Shown here in pieces: positions 25,685 to 32,000 of a stretch of DNA of 32,000 nucleotides. The notes beneath the pieces were generated by a model, which was given only the letters and a program-made list of their open reading frames with translations, had not been told where the DNA came from and searched no databases. Every line of letters starts with the position of its first letter. The stretch's first letter is position 1. The position numbers and the translations under genes were made by a program. Source of the stretch: Propionibacteriaceae bacterium (GTDB lineage: Bacteria; Actinomycetota; Actinomycetes; Propionibacteriales; Propionibacteriaceae); NCBI GenBank assembly GCA_031256725.1, contig JAIRQE010000005.1:60001-92000 (forward strand), given 5' to 3'.

Positions 25685-26790
25685 CGATCATCTTTGGAGA
25701 GAAACTGCTGTGTCCAACTGGGATGATTTCACCAGGGTGGGTCGAGGTCGCTGACGAAAGGATTCTCGCGTGGGGATCTGGCCATCTTGAATCGACCCCT
25801 GATCTGTGTACCGAGATCCTCTCCCCTGGCTTTGTGGATGTCCACTGCCACGGCGGTGGTGGAGCAAGCTTTGGCTCCAATTCGGACCAGACTAGTACAG
25901 CCATCGAAACCCATCTACGCAATGGCACAACAACACTGGTTGCCTCGCTGGTTACTGCGACAATCCCCGACCTTGAAGACCAGGTACGTACCCTGGCCAG
26001 ATTCGTCAACGATGGACTGTTGGCAGGGATCCATCTTGAGGGCCCTTGGCTTTCCCAGAAGTACAAGGGAGCCCATGCAGAAAAACTCCTGATTCCCCCC
26101 ATCATCCAAGACATCACCCGGCTCATTGAGGCGAGTGAGGGTACTATCTCCATGGTCACTATTGCACCCGAGCTACCTGGAGCAATAGAAGCCATAGGAT
26201 TCATGTCGGGCCAAGGAATTCTTGCTGCCATCGGTCATACTGCCGCGGACTTCGATACGGCACAGGCGGGAATAGAGGCAGGCGCTAGAGGTGCTACCCA
26301 TCTGTTCAATGCCATGTCGGAGATCCACCATCGTGAACCTGGACCAGCCCTGGCTCTGTGGATGGATGATCGGGTATACGTGGAGCTGATCTGCGATGGG
26401 GTACACGTTCACCCTGATTTGATCGCCCATGTCATGTCAGTATCACCTGCGAAGGTGGTACTCATCACTGATGCCATGGCCGCCTGTGGATGTACCGATG
26501 GGGACTACACCTTGGGCGATCTTCCTGTAGAGGTACGCGCAGGAGTAGCTCGTATCGCGGGTACCTCCACGATTGCTGGCTCCACTTTGACGCTCGACAA
26601 GGCCGTACGTACTGCTGTAAAAGCTGGGGTAGAGGTGGAAACTGCGCTCAAAGCAGCAACCTGCAACCCTGCCGACTATCTAGGCTTGAATGTTGGGCGT
26701 ATTGAGGTTGGTTCCTGGGCTGATCTTGTGTGCTTGGATGCTGAACTCCTGCCTACTCGTGTCATGAGGCATGGGCAATGGGTTGGCTAG
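25681..26790 (+). CDS. nagA: N-acetylglucosamine-6-phosphate deacetylase, about 369 aa
   Basis: Contains PGFVDVHCHGGGG, HLEGPW, GHTAA, THLFNAM and ELICDGVHV. I prefer GTG 25681 (GTGA overlap with the nagB stop). The track start at 25660 is a TTG. Confidence 0.9.
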   Translation: MTIIFGEKLLCPTGMISPGWVEVADERILAWGSGHLESTPDLCTEILSPGFVDVHCHGGGGASFGSNSDQTSTAIETHLRNGTTTLVASLVTATIPDLEDQVRTLARFVNDGLLAGIHLEGPWLSQKYKGAHAEKLLIPPIIQDITRLIEASEGTISMVTIAPELPGAIEAIGFMSGQGILAAIGHTAADFDTAQAGIEAGARGATHLFNAMSEIHHREPGPALALWMDDRVYVELICDGVHVHPDLIAHVMSVSPAKVVLITDAMAACGCTDGDYTLGDLPVEVRAGVARIAGTSTIAGSTLTLDKAVRTAVKAGVEVETALKAATCNPADYLGLNVGRIEVGSWADLVCLDAELLPTRVMRHGQWVG

Positions 26791-27812
26791 GAATTGATGA
26801 TCACACCTACGGTCATGATGATCAATGGGAGACTACTCAAAACCAAACAGGCGATGGTGAAGGGTAGTGAATCCACAAGGATGGCGACATACTCACGGAT
26901 GACCGCTGCGGGCCAATAATAGCGAGCCGTGGGTGAGCCCACAGCGTACCCAGGCAGATTGGCCCTTTGTAGAAGCAGCGCTGAGCGGAAAGCGTGGAAG
27001 CTGTTGGTCACAGTGACCACTCGACCAGTGAACCCGGCCTGAGTGAGGAGATCTTTCGTGTTGGAGATGTTCTCTTTAGTGGTACGAGACTGATCCTCTT
27101 GGATGATCTTGTCTTCAGGAATTCCCTTACCAACAAGGTATTCCGCCATGGCTGAGGCCTCACTACGAGCCTCATCCGAACCCATGCCACCTGAGACAAC
27201 GAACAATGGCTTGTCATTGTCGGGGGCTTGCTTGAGTAGTGAAATTCCTGCCTCCAAGCGACTAGCAAGCAGTGGGGTCACCTTGTTGTTGACGAGCCCC
27301 GACCCAAGAACAATCACCGCATCAGCGGGCTTGGACCAGCGTCGAGCCACAGCAAGGTACACCCATGAGTACAACAGGAAGGACACGAAACTGAAGCCCA
27401 AAAGACTCAGTGGAAAACCGGCGGCAAGGAGAAAGACGAGGAGAATCGCAGATTCTTTCGTGATTGAGTACACCCCCATGACTACATAACCAACCATCAT
27501 CAGACCCAGGAGCAACCCCACAAGATTGGAGAGGCGACGACCCTCTTTTCGGATCATCGTGAATCCGTTGAAGATCAGAACAGCTCCAAGAATGACCACA
27601 ATCAGCATCGTGAGCAGAGTAAGTGCAAGCCAACCATAGGCCGCTTCATTCACGGTTTTTCTTGAGGAAAGCCAGTACGCCAACGCTATCAATGGAAGAT
27701 AGGCAACTGTGCCAAAGAAGAACAGTGCGCATCTGAATCTACGAGGGTCTCTGATAACACTTATCACAAACAGCACTGCAAAGATGACGCTCAAGATAAT
27801 CAACATGCTCAT
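26787..27812 (-). CDS. Membrane protein with C-terminal DUF218 (YdcF/SanA-like) domain, 341 aa
   Basis: About five N-terminal TM helices, then VIVLGSGLVNNKVTPLLASRLE...FVVSGGMG...EASAMAEYL...EDQSRTTKENI...VTNSFHAFRS, the DUF218 pattern. The stop overlaps the nagA stop. Confidence 0.85.
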   Translation of the reverse strand: MSMLIILSVIFAVLFVISVIRDPRRFRCALFFFGTVAYLPLIALAYWLSSRKTVNEAAYGWLALTLLTMLIVVILGAVLIFNGFTMIRKEGRRLSNLVGLLLGLMMVGYVVMGVYSITKESAILLVFLLAAGFPLSLLGFSFVSFLLYSWVYLAVARRWSKPADAVIVLGSGLVNNKVTPLLASRLEAGISLLKQAPDNDKPLFVVSGGMGSDEARSEASAMAEYLVGKGIPEDKIIQEDQSRTTKENISNTKDLLTQAGFTGRVVTVTNSFHAFRSALLLQRANLPGYAVGSPTARYYWPAAVIREYVAILVDSLPFTIACLVLSSLPLIIMTVGVIINS

Positions 27813-27865
27813 AGTTTATGCCACTGTTTTCCTTCCCCTTGTTGATTTCATCTTTGGTGCTGTAC

Positions 27866-27976
27866 GGGAAGGATGAGATATATCTATTGCAGATACATTC
27901 ACGCAGTTGTTTCCTGAAGGGAAACAACTCCTCCATTCGAGAAGACGATCCTCAACAGATGTACCTCACCCTTCCC
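27866..27976 (-). repeat. MITE-like palindromic intergenic element, copy D (one arm decayed)
   Basis: The right arm TCCTCAACAGATGTACCTCACCCTTCCC pairs with the left arm GGGAAGGATGAGATATATCTATTGCAGA with 6 mismatches, mostly G/C to A/T. The core CATTCACGCAGTTGTTTCCTGAAGGGAAACAACTCCTCCATTCGAGAAGACG is nearly identical to the reverse complement of the copy C core. Confidence 0.85.
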
Positions 27977-28006
27977 TTCGTTGTTTGATGTTTGAGGGGC
28001 TTGAGA

Positions 28007-28732
28007 CTACCAGGCAGAGATCCAATAGGTTTGGATGTGTTGAGCTGACCTGGGTACTTGGAACTCTTGGCGGGTGAACTCTCGTACCTGTTTGGCTAGG
28101 GAGCGCTCCCCTGCTGCCCAAAGGAAGCAGTCCTGGGGGTCCATTGATGCCACGATGTTTTTTAAGGAATCTGTGGAAAGTTCGGGTAGTTGGCGAACTT
28201 GTAGTTGGTTCTGGATAGGTCCATCGTGGTTCTTGCTGGAATGGGACAAGTCGCGGAACCTTGAAAAGAAATCTGGACCGTGGGCAGGATCACCGTCAAC
28301 AATGATGAGGGTGACCTTTGCGGTCAAGGTATCCGCAATGGTTGCAGCCGCTGGGAGGGCTGAAGTGTCCGCAATCAGGAGTGCCTGGGAAGTCTGGGGA
28401 ATCTCCAGATGATAAGGAGGTTCTGAGACTAAGACTTGGGTGCCCACGGTTGCTGTACTCGCCCAGAGACACCCCGGACCTGGAGGATCATGCACAACAA
28501 AGTCGAGAAGAAAACTGTCCTGAGTCACACTATGAATGGAGTAGGCGCGTTGTACCTTGGCATCACCATCGACAAGGCTGAGCATGAGATAGCCACCAGG
28601 CATAGGAGTAAAAACCTCGAAGAGACCACCAGCATCCATGGTGAGACGACGGTACCCAGTACAGATGTCCTGAATCTGGGCAACTGTAACCACATGGTCA
28701 ATCACCCTAGGTCTAGTTCCTTGTGAATCCAT
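28007..28732 (-). CDS. Siderophore-interacting protein / ferric-siderophore reductase (SIP, ViuB-like), 241 aa
   Basis: The FAD-binding part has RAYSIHSV. The C-terminal SIP part has FLWAAGERSLAKQVREFTRQEFQVPRSAQHIQTYW. Confidence 0.8.
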   Translation of the reverse strand: MDSQGTRPRVIDHVVTVAQIQDICTGYRRLTMDAGGLFEVFTPMPGGYLMLSLVDGDAKVQRAYSIHSVTQDSFLLDFVVHDPPGPGCLWASTATVGTQVLVSEPPYHLEIPQTSQALLIADTSALPAAATIADTLTAKVTLIIVDGDPAHGPDFFSRFRDLSHSSKNHDGPIQNQLQVRQLPELSTDSLKNIVASMDPQDCFLWAAGERSLAKQVREFTRQEFQVPRSAQHIQTYWISAW

Positions 28733-28811
28733 AGTTCAATACTCCCATGCCTATACCTGGTGAGTACAAACCCTGATCCATTGAGGTACGGGGGCATTAA
28801 TCCCTATCGAC

Positions 28812-30203
28812 TCATTCTCTGAATCGTTTTAGATCTAAGAGATTGAGGGCATAGGTCACGGTGGGGGCTTCGATGATCTGAAGTTGGCTGGAGAGTCGAT
28901 CAGAACTTCTGATCTGGTGGCCTTGGGGGATGATGGCTGTTGTGACACCTAGGCGAGAGGCTTCAACGAGTCGGCGTTCCATATCGGCGACTCGTCTCAC
29001 CTCGCCAGCTAAGCCAATCTCACCCATGGCTACGGTGTGTTCTGGGAGGGGATGATCACCCATTGCGGATGCGAGAGCGCAGGCTAGGGCCAAATCAGCA
29101 CCAGGATCAGAGATTCGCGCACCGCCAACGGTAGATGCATAAACATCCATTTGGTGGCATCTGACCCCGGCTCGCCGTTGCAGGACGGCAAGGATCATGG
29201 CTAGACGGGAAAACTCAATTCCGTTGCTAACCCGCCTCGGGTTGGTGAGACTCGTTGGCACAACGAGCGCCTGTACCTCTGTAACGAGCGGGCGACGACC
29301 CTCCAAAGAAACGGTGACTGCTGTCCCAGAAACCGGCTCCCCATGGGTTGAGGTGAAGACTCCGGAAGGATCAGGAACCTCCTGGATTCCCGTGTCACAT
29401 AGTTCAAAGCATCCGATCTCATCGGCGGGGCCGAAACGATTCTTCGTCGCGCGTACCAACCGGAACCCAGAATGACGATCACCCTCGAAGCTGAGGACCA
29501 CATCCACCAGATGTTCTAGGGTACGGGGGCCAGCAATGGCACCCTCCTTTGTCACATGCCCAACCAAGATGATGGGGATTCCCTGTTGCTTGGCAACACG
29601 AATGAACGCACCAGCAACCTCCTTGATTTGGGTGATACCTCCAGGGGTTCCCTCGACTAGGGCCGACCCGATGGTTTGCACAGAGTCAACCACCACCAAG
29701 GAGGGCTCCACGACTTCAATATGCCCCAGAACCACCGACAGGTCGGTTTCTGCAGCGAGATAGAGGTTCTCAGAATCAGCAGAGGTACGCATGGCTCTCA
29801 TGCGTACCTGTCCTGCCGATTCCTCCCCACTGACATAGAGGGTACGCCCGCCGCTCTCAGCCCAGCGGGCGGCCACCTCCAGCAGCAGTGTGGACTTGCC
29901 CACCCCAGGCTCGCCTGCGAGAAGCACCACAGCACCGGGAACAACACCCCCGCCAAGAACCCTGTCGAGTTCCGCCACCCCAGTTGGGGCACGAGTCGTT
30001 GTTGAAGGATCCACCTCAGTGATCGGGATTGCTCGCGTCAGGGGGATCACGGGGGCAATCTGTGACAGTCGAGGAGCACCGACTTCCTCCACAGACCCCC
30101 ACTGTTGGCACTCACCACATCGTCCCACCCATTTTGCACTCGACCACCCGCATTCCCCACATCGGAAGGAGGGTTTCACCACTTTCACTGTTGTTTTCGT
30201 CAT
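28812..30203 (-). CDS. radA: DNA repair protein RadA/Sms, about 463 aa
   Basis: Zinc finger FRCGECGWSSAKWVGRCGECQQW, Walker A GEPGVGKST, KNRFG motif and a Lon-like C-terminal domain. The start is ambiguous: ATG 30203 is preferred by N-terminal length, with 30233 and 30251 as alternatives. Confidence 0.93.
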   Translation of the reverse strand: MTKTTVKVVKPSFRCGECGWSSAKWVGRCGECQQWGSVEEVGAPRLSQIAPVIPLTRAIPITEVDPSTTTRAPTGVAELDRVLGGGVVPGAVVLLAGEPGVGKSTLLLEVAARWAESGGRTLYVSGEESAGQVRMRAMRTSADSENLYLAAETDLSVVLGHIEVVEPSLVVVDSVQTIGSALVEGTPGGITQIKEVAGAFIRVAKQQGIPIILVGHVTKEGAIAGPRTLEHLVDVVLSFEGDRHSGFRLVRATKNRFGPADEIGCFELCDTGIQEVPDPSGVFTSTHGEPVSGTAVTVSLEGRRPLVTEVQALVVPTSLTNPRRVSNGIEFSRLAMILAVLQRRAGVRCHQMDVYASTVGGARISDPGADLALACALASAMGDHPLPEHTVAMGEIGLAGEVRRVADMERRLVEASRLGVTTAIIPQGHQIRSSDRLSSQLQIIEAPTVTYALNLLDLKRFRE

Positions 30204-30293
30204 ACCGAGCAGGCTAGGATATGCCTGCGACATTTTTAAGGTACGTACCACTCACAACAAATGAGAACCGTCCAAGGACAAGTACAAAGGAAG

Positions 30294-30929
30294 TCAGATC
30301 CGAACAGGACCATTCTCAGTAGAGAAGGTTACAGACATGATCCCAGGGTAACCATTGGGGGCATCGAAATTAATTTTGACCCCATCGAAAACATCGGGCA
30401 ACTCCTCACCAAGCCACTCTTCGATGCGTTCACGATGTCCAGCGATCTCAATCTCTTCAAGCTTAATTGAGCCAGGTAGTGCGGAAGGCAGGAGGGAGGG
30501 TTCGGAGATCCAACGAATGAAGAAGGGAACCTGGGGGTCAGCAATCAGCCCGAGTACACCCAGCTGTTCCCATTCGAGACGGCGACCATCAGGAAAGTGG
30601 CGTGCCCCATGGGCTGCCTTACGTTCCAGGCGGGTTTCATAAGAGTCGAGATCATCCATACAGATAACCCAGCCGAGCCAGCCACCACCGAGAGTACTAC
30701 GCTCCCTCACAGCCTGGCCATAGGGAGCCTTCTCTGCAGCAGGGTGATCCAGTACTTCGACAATCTCAATATGACGTCCGTCTTGTAGGGGGATCAATCG
30801 CATCTGCGTGCCAAAACCAGGATGGAGACCACCGTCAATTGACTTCACGCCGAGCAGAGATTCCAGTCTCTTAGCCTCGGCCTTCAGTCCTTCGGAACCT
30901 GCGGCGTAGATGACATGATCGAGATGCAT
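30294..30929 (-). CDS. VOC / glyoxalase-like domain protein, about 211 aa
   Basis: Sequence MHLDHVIYAAGSEGLKAEAKRLESLLGVKSIDGGLHPGFGTQMRLIPLQDGRHIEIVEV matches the glyoxalase-like (HLDH...GG.H.G.GT.N) pattern. The 117 codons upstream in the track ORF overlap the divergent ProDH start and look spurious. ATG 30956 is an alternative start. Confidence 0.7.
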   Translation of the reverse strand: MHLDHVIYAAGSEGLKAEAKRLESLLGVKSIDGGLHPGFGTQMRLIPLQDGRHIEIVEVLDHPAAEKAPYGQAVRERSTLGGGWLGWVICMDDLDSYETRLERKAAHGARHFPDGRRLEWEQLGVLGLIADPQVPFFIRWISEPSLLPSALPGSIKLEEIEIAGHRERIEEWLGEELPDVFDGVKINFDAPNGYPGIMSVTFSTENGPVRI

Positions 30930-31113
30930 GCCTCTATTCTGCCGGTCGAATACCATAGTCGAGAAATCGAGTCCATTCCGAGACTCGTTTTTGTCGATTC
31001 TTCGGTCATGGTAGTGACATGGAGCACAACTGACTCGAAACCGATAGGCTTCTCCTAAGCATTGCTGAAACACGACGCGTACACACGCTGACGTGGCATG
31101 GAAGGATTCGGAT

Positions 31114-32000
31114 ATGTACCGCACACTCTTCCTCGCTTTAGCCCGAAGCGAGACCATCAAGAGGCTCCTACTAGCCTTCCCCCTCACCAGGCGAGTGGTG
31201 AAACACTTCGTTGCAGGAAGCAGTTGGGATGATGCCCTTGAGGTCACCGAAACCCTGCTCGACAAGGGTCTCAAAGCCACGGTCGATTACCTCGGGTTCG
31301 AGATCCGATCCCCAGAGCAGGCCGATGCAGTCGTTCAGCAATACATAGAATTCCTGGATCAGATCCACGACAACGGCTGGGAATCCGATGTCGAAGTCTC
31401 AGTCAAACTGACCTCTTTGGGCTTGCTGCTGCGTGGCGGTGAAGAGTTGGCCCGTACCAATGCTGCGCGAATCGCAGCCAAAGCTGCTGAAGTGGGCACA
31501 ACCCTCACCCTTGACATGGAGGACCTTGGTACGACAGCAAAGGCCATCCACATCGTGAAATCCCTGCGCAAGGATTATCCAAACCTGGGATGCCTACTTC
31601 AAACCAACTTGAAGAGAACAGAATCCGACTGTCGCAGTCTGGACACCCCGAAGTCACGAATTCGCCTGAGCAAGGGCGCCTATAAGCCCCCGACCCAGGC
31701 ATCCTACTCCGAGAAGCATGATGTGGATCTGAGTTTTGTAAGATGCATGAAGGTCCTGATGGAAGGGGAGGGACTCCCCCTGATCGCCACTCATGATGCG
31801 ATCATGATCGATATTGCTCAAGAATTGGCGGCCCACAACAACCGCGGATTGAAGGATTTCGAGTTCCAAATGCTGTACGGCGTACGCACCATGGAGCAGG
31901 GGAGGCTTGCTGACCTTGGGCACACCGTTCGGGTTTATGTACCCTTCGGAGACAATTGGTACTCCTATTTCATTCGTCGCCTCGCAGAACGTCCCGCCAA
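31114..32000 (+). CDS. Proline dehydrogenase (monofunctional ProDH); C-terminus runs off the right edge
   Basis: Absent from the ORF track because it has no stop in the window. ATG 31114 has GGAAGGA upstream. Translation: MYRTLFLALARSETIKRLLLAFPLTRRVVKHFVAGSSWDDALEVTETLLDKGLKATVDYLGFEI...RLSKGAYKPP...FQMLYGVRT...VRVYVPFGDNWYSYFIRRLAERPA, which covers the ProDH beta8-alpha8 barrel motifs. Confidence 0.85.
   Translation, partial: MYRTLFLALARSETIKRLLLAFPLTRRVVKHFVAGSSWDDALEVTETLLDKGLKATVDYLGFEIRSPEQADAVVQQYIEFLDQIHDNGWESDVEVSVKLTSLGLLLRGGEELARTNAARIAAKAAEVGTTLTLDMEDLGTTAKAIHIVKSLRKDYPNLGCLLQTNLKRTESDCRSLDTPKSRIRLSKGAYKPPTQASYSEKHDVDLSFVRCMKVLMEGEGLPLIATHDAIMIDIAQELAAHNNRGLKDFEFQMLYGVRTMEQGRLADLGHTVRVYVPFGDNWYSYFIRRLAERPA

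Noticed and set aside
11266-27976. Whether the four repeats could be a CRISPR array or tandem repeat locus
   Set aside because: The copies are kilobases apart, occur in both orientations, are separated by housekeeping genes, and are themselves long palindromes. No cas genes are present.

Overview
This window reads as a core chromosomal segment of a moderately GC-rich actinobacterium (Actinomycetota). The eno-ftsB-DUF501-ppx block has the same synteny as M. tuberculosis Rv1023-Rv1026. DUF3039, MazG, PurQ/PurS/PurC, GuaA and RadA are also present. I call 29 CDS (two run off the window edges and are missing from the ORF track) and 1 tRNA. There is no rRNA, no CRISPR array, and no integrase, transposase, phage or recognisable defence gene. 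I do not see a multi-gene novel system. What stands out instead: (i) a 76-nt tRNA with a perfect class-I cloverleaf but a UAA (Leu) anticodon. (ii) A family of ~110-130 bp palindromic MITE-like intergenic elements, with 4 copies in both orientations and one half-copy abutting a stop codon. (iii) A ~740 bp non-coding gap between a GH1 glycosidase gene and gltX, holding a GC-rich, hairpin-dense segment that ends in a minus-strand intrinsic terminator (candidate ncRNA or long 3'UTR). (iv) An (AT)7 tract forming the SD-to-ATG spacer of nagB. (v) Tandem glnS-gltX in a phylum that mostly lacks GlnRS. (vi) A surface protein with a non-LPXTG sorting-signal-like tail. (vii) Visible GTAC/GGTACC enrichment. 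All function calls come from motif recognition in the translated ORFs; no database search was run.
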